64,000 nucleotides of DNA from the NCBI GenBank assembly GCA_030390025.1, contig CM059430.1:72478001-72542000 (forward strand). Direction: 5' to 3'. The notes below the pieces were generated by a model. The model was not told where the DNA came from, searched no databases, and worked only from the letters and a program-made list of their open reading frames with translations. The number at the start of each line of letters is the position of its first letter. Within the stretch, counting starts at the first letter, position 1. Source of the DNA: Squalus acanthias. Lineage: Eukaryota. Position numbers and translations under genes: made by a program. Positions 38,022 to 53,000 of the stretch are shown here, in pieces.

Positions 38022-41000
38022 TAAAGGAACAGTGAGTAAGAGATTGGTTTGTAAAGGAACAGTGAGCGAGAGATTGGTGTGTAAAGGAACAGTGAGTGAG
38101 AAATTGGTGTGTAAAAAAGTGAGTGAGATTTAGGTGTGTGAAGGAACAGTGATTGAGAGATTAATGTTTCAAGGAACAGTGAGTCAGAGATAGGTTTGTA
38201 AAGGAACAGTAAATGATAGATTGGTGTGTAGAGGAACAGTGAGTGATCGACAGGTGTGTAAAGGAACATTGAGTGAGCGATTGGTGTGTAAAGGGACAGT
38301 GAGTCAGAGATTGATATGTAAAGGAACAGTGAGTGAGAGATTGGTGTGTAAAGGAACAGTGAGTGAGAAATTGTTCTGTAAAGGAACAGTGAGTGAGTGA
38401 TAGGTGTGTAAAGGAACAGAGAATGCAAGATTGGTGTTTAAAGGAACAGTGAGTTAAAGATAGGGGTGTAAAGGAACACTGAATGAGAGATTGTTGGGTA
38501 AAGGAACAGTGAGTGAGACATTGATGTGTAAAGGAACACGAGTGAGAGACAGTTGTGTAAAGGAGCAATGATTGAGAGATTGGTGTGTAAAGGAACAGTG
38601 AGTGAGAGATTGATGTGTAAAAGAACAGTGAGTGAGTGTTTGATGTGTAAAGGAACAATGAGTGAGAGATGGGTGTGTAAAGGAACGGTAAGTGAGAGAT
38701 TGCTGTTTAATGGGACACGAGTGAGAGGTAGTTGTGTAAAGGGGCAGTGAGTGAGAGATTGATGTGTGAAGGAAGTGAGTGAGAGATTGTTGTGTAAAAG
38801 AACACAAGTGAGAGATAGTTGTGTAAAGGGGGAGTGAGTGAGAGATTGGTGTGTAAAGGAACAGTGAGTGAGAGATTGTTGTGTAAAGGAACACGAGTGA
38901 GAGATAGTTGTGTAAAGGAGCAGTGAGTGAGAGATTGGTGTGTAAAAGAAGAGTGAGTGAGAGATTGGTGTGTATAGGATCAGTGAGTGAGAGATTGGTG
39001 TGTAAAGGAACAGTGAGTGAGAGACTGGTCTGTAAAGAACATGTGAGTGAGAGATTGATGTGTAAAGGAACAGTGAGTGAGAGATTGACGTGTAAAGTAA
39101 CAGTGAGTGAGAGATTTATGTGTAAAGGAGCAGTGAGTGAGAGATAGGTGTGTAAAGGAACAGTGAGTGAGAGATTGGTGTTTAAAGGAACAGTGAGGGA
39201 GAAATAGGTGTGTAAAGTAACAGTAATTGAGAGAGTTTTAGTGTAAAGGTACAGTGAGTGAGAGATTGGTGTGTAAAGGAACAGTCAGTGAGCGATTTAT
39301 GTGTAAAGGAACAGTGAGAGAAAGATAGGTGTGTAAAGGAACAGTGAGTGAGCGATTGGTGTGTAAAGGAACAGTGAGGGAGAAATAGGTGTGCAAAGTA
39401 ACAGTAATTGAGATATTTTTAGTGTAAAGATACAGTGAGTGAGAGATTGGTGTGTAAAGGAACAGTGAGTGAGAGATTGGTGTGTAAAGGAACAGTGAGT
39501 GAGAGATTGGTGTGTAAAGGAACAGTGAGTGAGAGATTGGTGTGTAAAGGAACAGTGAGTGAGGGATTGGGTTGTAAAGGAACAGAGAGTGAGAGATTGG
39601 TGTGTAAAGGAACAGTGAGTGAGAGATTGGGTTGTAAAGGAACAGAGAGTGAGAGATTGGTGTGTGAAGGAACAGTGAGTGAGAGATTGATGTGTAGAGG
39701 AACAGTGAGTGAGAGATTGGTGAGTAAAGGAACAGTGACCGAGAGATTGATGTGTAATGGAACATTGAGTGAGTGATTGATGTTTAAAGGAACAGTGAGT
39801 AAGAGATTGTTGTGTGAAAGGAACACGTGTGAGAGATAGTTGTGTAAAGGGGCATTGAGTGATACATTGGTGTGTAAAGGAAAATTGAGTGAGAATTGGT
39901 GTGTAAAGGAACAGTGAGTGAGAGATAGGTGTGTAAAGGAACAGTGAATTAGAGATAGGTTTGTAAAGGAACACTGAGTGAGAGATTGGTGTGTAAAGAA
40001 GCAGTGAGTGAGACATTGATGCGTAAAGGAACACGAGTGATAGATAGTTGAGTTAATGAACAGTGAGTGAGAGATAGTTGCGTAAAGGAACAGTGATTGA
40101 GAGATTGATGTGCAAAGGAAAAGGGAGTGAGAGATTGAAGTGTAAAGGAACAGTGAGCGAGAGTTTGACGTGTAAAGGAACAGTGAGTGAGAGATTGTTG
40201 TGTAAAGGAACACGAGTGAGAGATAGTTGTGTAAAGGGGTAATGAGTGAGAGATTGGTGTGTAAAGGAACAGTGAGTGAGAGATTTATGTGTAAAGGAAC
40301 AGTAAGAGAAATATAGGTGTGTAAAGGAACAGTGAGTGAGAGATTGGTGTGTAAAGGAACAGTGAGGGAGGAATAGGCATGTAAAGTAACAGTAATTGAG
40401 AGATTTTTAGTGTAAAGATACAGTGAGTGAGAAATTGGTGTGCAAAGGAACAGTGAGTGAGAGATTGGTGTGTAAAGCAACAGTGAGTGAGAGATTGGTG
40501 TGTAAAGGAACAGTGAGTTAGAGTTTGGTGTGTAAAGGAACAGTGAATGAGAGATTGTGTTGTTAAGGAACAGTCAGTGTCAGATTGATGTATAAAGGAA
40601 CAGTGAGTGAGAGATAGTTGTATAAAGGGGCAGTGATTGAGAGATATGTGTGGAAAGTAACAGTGAGTGAGAGATTTATACGTAAAGAGACAGTGAGTGA
40701 GAGATTGGTGTGCAAAAAGGAACAGTGAGTGAGAGATTGGTGTGTAAAGGAACAGTGAGTGAGAGATTGCTGTTTAATGGGACACGAGTGATAGATAGTT
40801 GTGTAAAGGGGCAGTGAGTGAGAAATTGGCGTGTAAAGGAACAGTGCGTGAGAGATTGTTGTGTAAAGGAACACGAGTGAGAGATAGTTGTGCAAAGGAG
40901 CAGTGAGTGAGAGATTGGTGTGTATAGGAACAGTGAGTGAGAGATTGGTCTGTAAAGGATCAGTGAGTGAGAGATTGGAGTGTGAAGGAACAGTGAGTGA

Positions 41001-44000
41001 GAGAAAGTCTGTAAAGAAAATGTGCGTGAGAGATTGATGTGTAAAGGAACAGTGAGTGAGAGATTGACGTGTAAAGTAACAGTGAGTGAGAGATTTAGGT
41101 GCAAAGGAACAGTGAGTGAGTGCTAGCTGTGTAAAGGAACAGTGAGTGAGAGATTGGGGTGTAAAGGAACAGTGAGTGAGAGATTGGTGCGTAAAGGTTC
41201 AGTGATTGAGAGATTGATGTGAAAAGGAACAGTGAATGAGAGATTGGGTTGTAAAGGAACAGTGAGTCAGATATTGATGTGTAAAGGAACAGTGAGTGAG
41301 AGATTGGTGTGTAAAGGAACAGTGAGTGAGAGATTGGTGTGTAAAGGAACAGTGAGTGACAGATTGGTGTGTAAAGGAACAGTGAGTGAGAGATTGGTGT
41401 GTAAAGGAACAGTGAGTGAGGGATTGGGTTGTAAAGGAACAGAGAGTGAGAGATTGGTGTGTAAAGGAACAGTGAGTGAGAGATTGGGTTGTAAAGGAAC
41501 AGAGAGTGAGAGATTGGTGTGTGAAGGAACAGTGAGTGAGAGGTTGATGTGTAGAGGAACAGTGAGTGAGAGATTGGTGAGTAAAGGAACAGTGACCGAG
41601 AGATTGATGTGTAATGGAACATTGAGTGAGTGATTGATGTTTAAAGGAACAGTGAGTAAGAGATTGTTGTGTGAAAGGAACACGTGTGAGAGATAGTTGT
41701 GTAAAGGGGCATTGAGTGATACATTGGTGTGTAAAGGAAAATTGAGTGAGAATTGGTGTGTAAAGGAACAGTGAGTGAGAGATAGGTGTGTAAAGGAACA
41801 GTGAATTAGAGATAGGTTTGTAAAGGAACACTGAGTGAGAGATTGGTGTGTAAAGAAGCAGTGAGTGAGACATTGATGCGTAAAGGAACACGAGTGATAG
41901 ATAGTTGAGTTAATGAACAGTGAGTGAGAGATAGTTGCGTAAAGGAACAGTGATTGAGAGATTAATGTGCAAAGGAAAAGGGAGTGAGAGATTGAAGTGT
42001 AAAGGAACAGTGAGCGAGAGTTTGACGTGTAAAGGAACAGTGAGTGAGAGATTGTTGTGTAAAGGAACACGAGTGAGAGATAGTTGTGTAAAGGGGTAAT
42101 GAGTGAGAGATTGGTGTGTAAAGGAACAGTGAGTGAGAGATTTATGTGTAAAGGAACAGTAAGAGAAATATAGGTGTGTAAAGGAACAGTGAGTGAGAGA
42201 TTGGTGTGTAAAGGAACAGTGAGGGAGGAATAGGCATGTAATGTAACAGTAATTGAGAGATTTTTAGTGTAAAGATACAGTGAGTGAGAAATTGGTGTGC
42301 AAAGGAACAGTGAGTGAGAGATTGGTGTGTAAAGCAACAGTGAGTGAGAGATTGGTGTGTAAAGGAACAGTGAGTTAGAGATTGGTGTGTAAAGGAACAG
42401 TGAATGAGAGATTGTGTTGTTAAGGAACAGTCAGTGTCAGATTGATGTGTAAAGGAACAGTGAGTGAGAGATAGTTGTATAAAGGGGCAGTGATTGAGAG
42501 ATATGTGTGGAAAGTAACAGTGAGTGAGAGATTTATACGTAAAGAGACAGTGAGTGAGAGATTGGTGTGCAAAAAGGAACAGTGAGTGAGAGATTGGTGT
42601 GTAAAGGAACAGTGAGTGAGAGATTGCTGTTTAATGGGACACGAGTGATAGATAGTTGTGTAAAGCGGCAGTGAGTGATAAATTGGTGTGTAAAGGAACA
42701 GTGCGTGAGAGATTGTTGTGTAAAGGAACACGAGTGAGAGATAGTTGTGCAAAGGAGCAGTGAGTGAGAGATTGGTGTGTATAGGAACAGTGAGTGAGAG
42801 ATTGGTCTGTAAAGGATCAGTGAGTGAGAGATTGGTGTGTGAAGGAACAGTGAGTGAGATAAAGTCTGTAAAGAAAATGTGAGTGAGAGATTTAGGTGCA
42901 AAGGAACAGTGAGAGAGTGCTAGCTGTGTAAAGGAACAGTGAGTGAGAGATTGGGGTGCAAAGGAACAGTGAGTGAGAGATTGGTGCGTAAAGGTTCAGT
43001 GATTGAGAGATTGGTGTGAAAAGGAACAGTGAATGAGAGATTGGGTTTTAAAGGAACAGTGAGTCAGAGATTGATGTGTAAAGGAACAGTGAGTGAGAGA
43101 TTGTTGTGTAAAGGAACAGTGAGTGAGAGATTGGTGTGTAAAGGAACAGTGAGTGACAGATTGATGTGTAAAGGAACAGTGAGTGAGAGATAGTTATGTA
43201 AAGGTGCAGTAAGAGAGAGATATGTGAATAAAGTAACAGGGAGTGAGAGATTTATACGTAAAGGAACAGTGAGTGAGAGATTGGTGTGTAAAGGAACAGT
43301 GAGTGAGAGATTGGTGTGTAAAGAACAGTGAGTGAGAGATTGGTGTGTAAAGGAACAGTGAGTGAGAGATTGGTGTGTAAAGGAACAGTGAGTGAGAGAT
43401 TGGTGTGTAAAGGAACAGTGAGTGAGAGATTGTTGTGTAAAGGAACAGTGATTGAGAGATTGATGTGTAAAGGAACAGTGAGTGAGAGCTTGATGTGTAA
43501 AGGAACAGTGAGTGAGAGCTTGATGTGTAAAGGAACACTGAGTGAGCGATTGATGTGTAAAGGAACAGTGATTGAGAGATAGGTGTGTAAAGGAACAGTG
43601 AGTGAGAGATTGGTGTGTAAAGGAACAGTGAGTGAGACATTGATGTGTAAAGGAACACGAGTGAGAGATAGTTGTGTAAATGAACAGTGAGTGAGAGATT
43701 GGCGTGTAAAGGAACAGTGAGTGAGAGATTGGGTTGTAAAGGAACAGAGAGTGAGAGATTGATGTGTAATGGAACATTGAGTGAGTGATTGATGTGTAAA
43801 GGAACAGTGAGTAAGAGATTGTTGTGTGAAGGAACACGAGTGAGAGATAGTTGTGTAAAGGGGCAGTGAGTGATACATTCGTGTGTAAAGGAACAGTGAG
43901 TGAGAAATTGGTGTGTAAAGGAACAGTGAGTGAGAGATACGTGTGTAAAGGAACAGTGAATGAGAGATTGGTGTGTAAAGGAGCAGTGAATTAGAGATAG

Positions 44001-47000
44001 GTGTGTAAAGGAACACTGAGTGAGAGATTGGAGTGTAAAGGAACAGTGAGTGAGACATTGATGCGTAAAGGAACACGAGTGAGAGATAGTTGTGTTAATG
44101 AACAGTGAGTGAGAGATTGGTGTGTAATGGAACAGTGATTGAGAGATTGATGTGCAAAGGAAAAGTGAGTGAGAGATTGGTGTGTGAAGGAACAGTGAGT
44201 GAGATAAAGTCTGTAAAGAAAATGTGAGTGAGAGATTTAGGTGCAAAGGAACAGTGAGTGAGTGCTAGCTGTGTAAAGGAACAGTGAGTGAGAGATTGGG
44301 GTGCAAAGGAACAGTGAGTGAGAGATTGTTGTGTAAAGGAACAGTGATTGAGAGATTGATGTGTAAAGGAACAGTGAGTGAGAGCTTGATGTGTAAAGGA
44401 ACAGTGAGTGAGAGCTTGATGTGTAAAGGAACACTGAGTGAGCGATTGATGTGTAAAGGAACAGTGATTGAGAGATAGGTGTGTAAAGGAACAGTGAGTG
44501 AGAGATTGGTGTGTAAAGGAACAGTGAGTGAGACATTGATGTGTAAAGGAACACGAGTGAGAGATAGTTGTGTAAATGAACAGTGAGTGAGAGATTGGCG
44601 TGTAAAGGAACAGTGAGTGAGAGATTGGGTTGTAAAGGAACAGAGAGTGAGAGATTGATGTGTAATGGAACATTGAGTGAGTGATTGATGTGTAAAGGAA
44701 CAGTGAGTAAGAGATTGTTGTGTGAAGGAACACGAGTGAGAGATAGTTGTGTAAAGGGGCAGTGAGTGATACATTCGTGTGTAAAGGAACAGTGAGTGAG
44801 AAATTGGTGTGTAAAGGAACAGTGAGTGAGAGATAGGTGTGTAAAGGAACAGTGAATGAGAGATTGGTGTGTAAAGGAGCAGTGAATTAGAGATAGGTGT
44901 GTAAAGGAACACTGAGTGAGAGATTGGAGTGTAAAGGAACAGTGAGTGAGACATTGATGCGTAAAGGAACACGAGTGAGAGATAGTTGTGTTAATGAACA
45001 GTGAGTGAGAGATTGGTGTGTAATGGAACAGTGATTGAGAGATTGATGTGCAAAGGAAAAGTGAGTGAGAGATTGATGTGTAAAGGAACAGTGAGCGAGT
45101 GATTGGTGTGTAAAGGAACAGTGAGTGAGAGATAGTTGTGTAAAGGAAAAGGGAGTGAGAGATTGAAGTGTAAAGGAACAGTGAGCGAGAGTTTGACGTG
45201 TAAAGGAACAGTGAGTGAGAGATTGTTGTGTAAAGGAACACGAGTGAGAGATAGTTGTGTAAAGGGGTAATGAGTGAGAGATTGGTGTGTAAAGGAACAG
45301 TGAGTGAGAGATTTATGTGTAAAGGAACAGTAAGAGAAATATAGGTGTGTAAAGGAACAGTGAGTGAGAGATTGGTGTGTAAAGGAACAGTGAGGGAGGA
45401 ATAGGCATGTAAAGTAACAGTAATTGAGAGATTTTTAGTGTAAAGATACAGTGAGTGAGAAATTGGTGTGCAAAGGAACAGTGAGTGAGAGATTGGTGTG
45501 TAAAGCAACAGTGAGTGAGAGATTGGTGTGTAAAGGAACAGTGAGTTAGAGTTTGGTGTGTAAAGGAACAGTGAATGAGAGGTTGATGTGTAGAGGAACA
45601 GTGAGTGAGAGATTGGTGAGTAAAGGAACAGTGACTGAGAGATTGATGTGTAATGGAACATTGAGTGAGTGATTGATGTTTAAAGGAACAGTGAGTAAGA
45701 GATTGTTGTGTGAAAGGAACACGTGTGAGAGATAGTTGTGTAAAGGGGCATTGAGTGATACATTGGTGTGTAAAGGAAAATTGAGTGAGAATTGGTGTGT
45801 AAAGGAACAGTGAGTGAGAGATAGGTGTGTAAAGGAACAGTGAATTAGAGATAGGTTTGTAAAGGAACACTGAGTGAGAGATTGGTGTGTAAAGAAGCAG
45901 TGAGTGAGACATTGATGCGTAAAGGAACACGAGTGATAGATAGTTGAGTTAATGAACAGTGAGTGAGAGATAGTTGCGTAAAGGAACAGTGATTGAGAGA
46001 TTAATGTGCAAAGGAAAAGGGAGTGAGAGATTGAAGTGTAAAGGAACAGTGAGCGAGAGTTTGACGTGTAAAGGAACAGTGAGTGAGAGATTGTTGTGTA
46101 AAGGAACACGAGTGAGAGATAGTTGTGTAAAGGGGTAATGAGTGAGAGATTGGTGTGTAAAGGAACAGTGAGTGAGAGATTTATGTGTAAAGGAACAGTA
46201 AGAGAAATATAGGTGTGTAAAGGAACAGTGAGTGAGAGATTGGTGTGTAAAGGAACAGTGAGGGAGGAATAGGCATGTAATGTAACAGTAATTGAGAGAT
46301 TTTTAGTGTAAAGATACAGTGAGTGAGAAATTGGTGTGCAAAGGAACAGTGAGTGAGAGATTGGTGTGTAAAGCAACAGTGAGTGAGAGATTGGTGTGTA
46401 AAGGAACAGTGAGTTAGAGATTGGTGTGTAAAGGAACAGTGAATGAGAGATTGTGTTGTTAAGGAACAGTCAGTGTCAGATTGATGTGTAAAGGAACAGT
46501 GAGTGAGAGATAGTTGTATAAAGGGGCAGTGATTGAGAGATATGTGTGGAAAGTAACAGTGAGTGAGAGATTTATACGTAAAGAGACAGTGAGTGAGAGA
46601 TTGGTGTGCAAAAAGGAACAGTGAGTGAGAGATTGGTGTGTAAAGGAACAGTGAGTGAGAGATTGCTGTTTAATGGGACACGAGTGATAGATAGTTGTGT
46701 AAAGCGGCAGTGAGTGATAAATTGGTGTGTAAAGGAACAGTGCGTGAGAGATTGTTGTGTAAAGGAACACGAGTGAGAGATAGTTGTGCAAAGGAGCAGT
46801 GAGTGAGAGATTGGTGTGTATAGGAACAGTGAGTGAGAGATTGGTCTGTAAAGGATCAGTGAGTGAGAGATTGGTGTGTGAAGGAACAGTGAGTGAGATA
46901 AAGTCTGTAAAGAAAATGTGAGTGAGAGATTTAGGTGCAAAGGAACAGTGAGAGAGTGCTAGCTGTGTAAAGGAACAGTGAGTGAGAGATTGGGGTGCAA

Positions 47001-50000
47001 AGGAACAGTGAGTGAGAGATTGGTGCGTAAAGGTTCAGTGATTGAGAGATTGGTGTGAAAAGGAACAGTGAATGAGAGATTGGGTTTTAAAGGAACAGTG
47101 AGTCAGAGATTGATGTGTAAAGGAACAGTGAGTGAGAGATTGTTGTGTAAAGGAACAGTGAGTGAGAGATTGGTGTGTAAAGGAACAGTGAGTGACAGAT
47201 TGATGTGTAAAGGAACAGTGAGTGAGAGATAGTTATGTAAAGGTGCAGTAAGAGAGAGATATGTGAATAAAGTAACAGGGAGTGAGAGATTTATACGTAA
47301 AGGAACAGTGAGTGAGAGATTGGTGTGTAAAGGAACAGTGAGTGAGAGATTGGTGTGTAAAGAACAGTGAGTGAGAGATTGGTGTGTAAAGGAACAGTGA
47401 GTGAGAGATTGGTGTGTAAAGGAACAGTGAGTGAGAGATTGGTGTGTAAAGGAACAGTGAGTGAGAGATTGTTGTGTAAAGGAACAGTGATTGAGAGATT
47501 GATGTGTAAAGGAACAGTGAGTGAGAGCTTGATGTGTAAAGGAACAGTGAGTGAGAGCTTGATGTGTAAAGGAACACTGAGTGAGCGATTGATGTGTAAA
47601 GGAACAGTGATTGAGAGATAGGTGTGTAAAGGAACAGTGAGTGAGAGATTGGTGTGTAAAGGAACAGTGAGTGAGACATTGATGTGTAAAGGAACACGAG
47701 TGAGAGATAGTTGTGTAAATGAATAGTGAGTGAGAGATTGGCGTGTAAAGGAACAGTGAGTGAGAGATTGGGTTGTAAAGGAACAGAGAGTGAGAGATTG
47801 ATGTGTAATGGAACATTGAGTGAGTGATTGATGTGTAAAGGAACAGTGAGTAAGAGATTGTTGTGTGAAGGAACACGAGTGAGAGATAGTTGTGTAAAGG
47901 GGCAGTGAGTGATACATTCGTGTGTAAAGGAACAGTGAGTGAGAAATTGGTGTGTAAAGGAACAGTGAGTGAGAGATAGGTGTGTAAAGGAACAGTGAAT
48001 GAGAGATTGGTGTGTAAAGGAGCAGTGAATTAGAGATAGGTGTGTAAAGGAACACTGAGTGAGAGATTGGAGTGTAAAGGAACAGTGAGTGAGACATTGA
48101 TGCGTAAAGGAACACGAGTGAGAGATAGTTGTGTTAATGAACAGTGAGTGAGAGATTGGTGTGTAATGGAACAGTGATTGAGAGATTGATGTGCAAAGGA
48201 AAAGTGAGTGAGAGATTGATGTGTAAAGGAACAGTGAGCGAGTGATTGGTGTGTAAAGGAACAGTGAGTGAGAGATAGTTGTGTAAAGGAAAAGGGAGTG
48301 AGAGATTGAAGTGTAAAGGAACAGTGAGCGAGAGTTTGACGTGTAAAGGAACAGTGAGTGAGAGATTGTTGTGTAAAGGAACACGAGTGAGAGATAGTTG
48401 TGTAAAGGGGTAATGAGTGAGAGATTGGTGTGTAAAGGAACAGTGAGTGAGAGATTTATGTGTAAAGGAACAGTAAGAAAAATATAGGTGTGTAAAGGAA
48501 CAGTGAGTGAGAGATTGGTGTGTAAAGGAACAGTGAGGGAGGAATAGGCATGTAAAGTGACAGTAATTGAGAGATTTTTAGTGTAAAGATACAGTGAGTG
48601 AGAGATTTATGTGTAAAGGAACAGTAAGAGAAATATAGGTGTGTAAAGGAACAGTGAGTGAGAGATTGGTGTGTAAAGGAACAGTGAGGGAGGAATAGGC
48701 ATGTAAAGTGACAGTAATTGAGAGATTTTTAGTGTAAAGATACAGTGAGTGAGAAATTGGTGTGCAAAGGAACAGTGAGTGAGAGATTGGTGTGTAAAGC
48801 AACAGTGAGTGAGAGATTGGTGTGTAAAGGAACAGTGAGTTAGAGTTTGGTGTGTAAAGGAACAGTGAATGAGAGATTGTGTTGTTAAGGAACAGTCAGT
48901 GTCAGATTGATGTGTAAAGGAACAGTGAGTGAGAGATAGTTGTATAAAGGGGCAGTGATTGAGAGATATGTGTGGAAAGTAACAGTGAGTGAGAGATTTA
49001 TACGTAAAGAGACAGTGAGTGAGAGATTGGTGTGCAAAAAGGAACAGTGAGTGAGAGATTGGTGTGTAAAGGAACAGTGAGTGAGAGATTGCTGTTTAAT
49101 GGGACACGAGTGATAGATAGTTGTGTAAAGGGGCAGTGAGTGAGAAATTGGCGTGTAAAGGAACAGTGCGTGAGAGATTGTTGTGTAAAGGAACACGAGT
49201 GAGAGATAGTTGTGCAAAGGAGCAGTGAGTGAGAGATTGGTGTGTATAGGAACAGTGAGTGAGAGATTGGTCTGTAAAGGATCAGTGAGTGAGAGATTGG
49301 AGTGTGAAGGAACAGTGAGTGAGAGAAAGTCTGTAAAGAAAATGTGCGTGAGAGATTGATGTGTAAAGGAACAGTGAGTGAGAGATTGACGTGTAAAGTA
49401 ACAGTGAGTGAGAGATTTAGGTGCAAAGGAACAGTGAGTGAGTGCTAGCTGTGTAAAGGAACAGTGAGTGAGAGATTGGGGTGTAAAGGAACAGTGAGTG
49501 AGAGATTGGTGCGTAAAGGTTCAGTGATTGAGAGATTGATGTGAAAAGGAACAGTGAATGAGAGATTGGGTTGTAAAGGAACAGTGAGTCAGATATTGAT
49601 GTGTAAAGGAACAGTGAGTGAGAGATTGGTGTGTAAAGGAACAGTGAGTGAGAGATTGGTGTGTAAAGGAACAGTGAGTGACAGATTGGTGTGTAAAGGA
49701 ACAGTGAGTGAGAGATTGGTGTGTAAAGGAACAGTGAGTGAGGGATTGGGTTGTAAAGGAACAGAGAGTGAGAGATTGGTGTGTAAAGGAACAGTGAGTG
49801 AGAGATTGGGTTGTAAAGGAACAGAGAGTGAGAGATTGGTGTGTGAAGGAACAGTGAGTGAGAGGTTGATGTGTAGAGGAACAGTGAGTGAGAGATTGGT
49901 GAGTAAAGGAACAGTGACCGAGAGATTGATGTGTAATGGAACATTGAGTGAGTGATTGATGTTTAAAGGAACAGTGAGTAAGAGATTGTTGTGTGAAAGG

Positions 50001-53000
50001 AACACGTGTGAGAGATAGTTGTGTAAAGGGGCATTGAGTGATACATTGGTGTGTAAAGGAAAATTGAGTGAGAATTGGTGTGTAAAGGAACAGTGAGTGA
50101 GAGATAGGTGTGTAAAGGAACAGTGAATTAGAGATAGGTTTGTAAAGGAACACTGAGTGAGAGATTGGTGTGTAAAGAAGCAGTGAGTGAGACATTGATG
50201 CGTAAAGGAACACGAGTGATAGATAGTTGAGTTAATGAACAGTGAGTGAGAGATAGTTGCGTAAAGGAACAGTGATTGAGAGATTAATGTGCAAAGGAAA
50301 AGGGAGTGAGAGATTGAAGTGTAAAGGAACAGTGAGCGAGAGTTTGACGTGTAAAGGAACAGTGAGTGAGAGATTGTTGTGTAAAGGAACACGAGTGAGA
50401 GATAGTTGTGTAAAGGGGTAATGAGTGAGAGATTGGTGTGTAAAGGAACAGTGAGTGAGAGATTTATGTGTAAAGGAACAGTAAGAGAAATATAGGTGTG
50501 TAAAGGAACAGTGAGTGAGAGATTGGTGTGTAAAGGAACAGTGAGGGAGGAATAGGCATGTAAAGTAACAGTAATTGAGAGATTTTTAGTGTAAAGATAC
50601 AGTGAGTGAGAAATTGGTGTGCAAAGGAACAGTGAGTGAGAGATTGGTGTGTAAAGCAACAGTGAGTGAGAGATTGGTGTGTAAAGGAACAGTGAGTTAG
50701 AGATTGGTGTGTAAAGGAACAGTGAATGAGAGATTGTGTTGTTAAGGAACAGTCAGTGTCAGATTGATGTGTAAAGGAACAGTGAGTGAGAGATAGTTGT
50801 ATAAAGGGGCAGTGATTGAGAGATATGTGTGGAAAGTAACAGTGAGTGAGAGATTTATACGTAAAGAGACAGTGAGTGAGAGATTGGTGTGCAAAAAGGA
50901 ACAGTGAGTGAGAGATTGGTGTGTAAAGGAACAGTGAGTGAGAGATTGCTGTTTAATGGGACACGAGTGATAGATAGTTGTGTAAAGCGGCAGTGAGTGA
51001 TAAATTGGTGTGTAAAGGAACAGTGCGTGAGAGATTGTTGTGTAAAGGAACACGAGTGAGAGATAGTTGTGCAAAGGAGCAGTGAGTGAGAGATTGGTGT
51101 GTATAGGAACAGTGAGTGAGAGATTGGTCTGTAAAGGATCAGTGAGTGAGAGATTGGTGTGTGAAGGAACAGTGAGTGAGATAAAGTCTGTAAAGAAAAT
51201 GTGAGTGAGAGATTTAGGTGCAAAGGAACAGTGAGTGAGTGCTAGCTGTGTAAAGGAACAGTGAGTGAGAGATTGGGGTGTAAAGGAACAGTGAGTGAGA
51301 GATTGGTGCGTAAAGGTTCAGTGATTGAGAGATTGGTGTGAAAAGGAACAGTGAATGAGAGATTGGGTTTTAAAGGAACAGTGAGTCAGAGATTGATGTG
51401 TAAAGGAACAGTGAGTGAGAGATTGTTGTGTAAAGGAACAGTGAGTGAGAGATTGGTGTGTAAAGGAACAGTGAGTGACAGATTGATGTGTAAAGGAACA
51501 GTGAGTGAGAGATAGTTATGTAAAGGTGCAGTAAGAGAGAGATATGTGAATAAAGTAACAGGGAGTGAGAGATTTATACGTAAAGGAACAGTGAGTGAGA
51601 GATTGGTGTGTAAAGGAACAGTGAGTGAGAGATTGGTGTGTAAAGAACAGTGAGTGAGAGATTGGTGTGTAAAGGAACAGTGAGTGAGAGATTGGTGTGT
51701 AAAGGAACAGTGAGTGAGAGATTGGTGTGTAAAGGAACAGTGAGTGAGAGATTGTTGTGTAAAGGAACAGTGATTGAGAGATTGATGTGTAAAGGAACAG
51801 TGAGTGAGAGCTTGATGTGTAAAGGAACAGTGAGTGAGAGCTTGATGTGTAAAGGAACACTGAGTGAGCGATTGATGTGTAAAGGAACAGTGATTGAGAG
51901 ATAGGTGTGTAAAGGAACAGTGAGTGAGAGATTGGTGTGTAAAGGAACAGTGAGTGAGACATTGATGTGTAAAGGAACACGAGTGAGAGATAGTTGTGTA
52001 AATGAACAGTGAGTGAGAGATTGGCGTGTAAAGGAACAGTGAGTGAGAGATTGGGTTGTAAAGGAACAGAGAGTGAGAGATTGGTGAGTAAAGGAACAGT
52101 GACCGAGAGATTGATGTGTAATGGAACATTGAGTGAGTGATTGATGTGTAAAGGAACAGTGAGTAAGAGATTGTTGTGTGAAGGAACACGAGTGAGAGAT
52201 AGTTGTGTAAAGGGGCAGTGAGTGATACATTCGTGTGTAAAGGAACAGTGAGTGAGAAATTGGTGTGTAAAGGAACAGTGAGTGAGAGATAGGTGTGTAA
52301 AGGAACAGTGAATGAGAGATTGGTGTGTAAAGGAGCAGTGAATTAGAGATAGGTGTGTAAAGGAACACTGAGTGAGAGATTGGAGTGTAAAGGAACAGTG
52401 AGTGAGACATTGATGCGTAAAGGAACACGAGTGAGAGATAGTTGTGTTAATGAACAGTGAGTGAGAGATTGGTGTGTAATGGAACAGTGATTGAGAGATT
52501 GATGTGCAAAGGAAAAGTGAGTGAGAGATTGATGTGTAAAGGAACAGTGAGCGAGTGATTGGTGTGTAAAGGAACAGTGAGTGAGAGATAGTTGTGTAAA
52601 GGGGCAGTGATTGAGAGATATGTGTGTAAAGTAACAGTGAGTGAGAGATTTTTACGTAAAGAAACAGTGAGTGAGAGATTGGTGTGTAAATGAACAGTGA
52701 GAGAGATTGTTGTGTAAAGGAACAGTGATTGAGAGATTGATGTGTAAAGGAACAGTGAGTGAGAGATTGTTGTGTAAAGGAACAGTGAGTGAGAGAATGT
52801 TGTGTAAAGGAACAGTGATTGAGAGATTGATGTGTAAAGGAACAGCGAGTGAGAGCTTGATGTGTAAAAGAACAGTGAGTGAGAGTTTGATGTGTAAAGG
52901 AACATTGAGTGAGTGATTGATGTGTGAAGGAACAGTGAGTAAAGATTGGTGTGTAAAGGAACACGAGTGAGAGATAGTTGTGTAAAGGGGAATTGAGTGA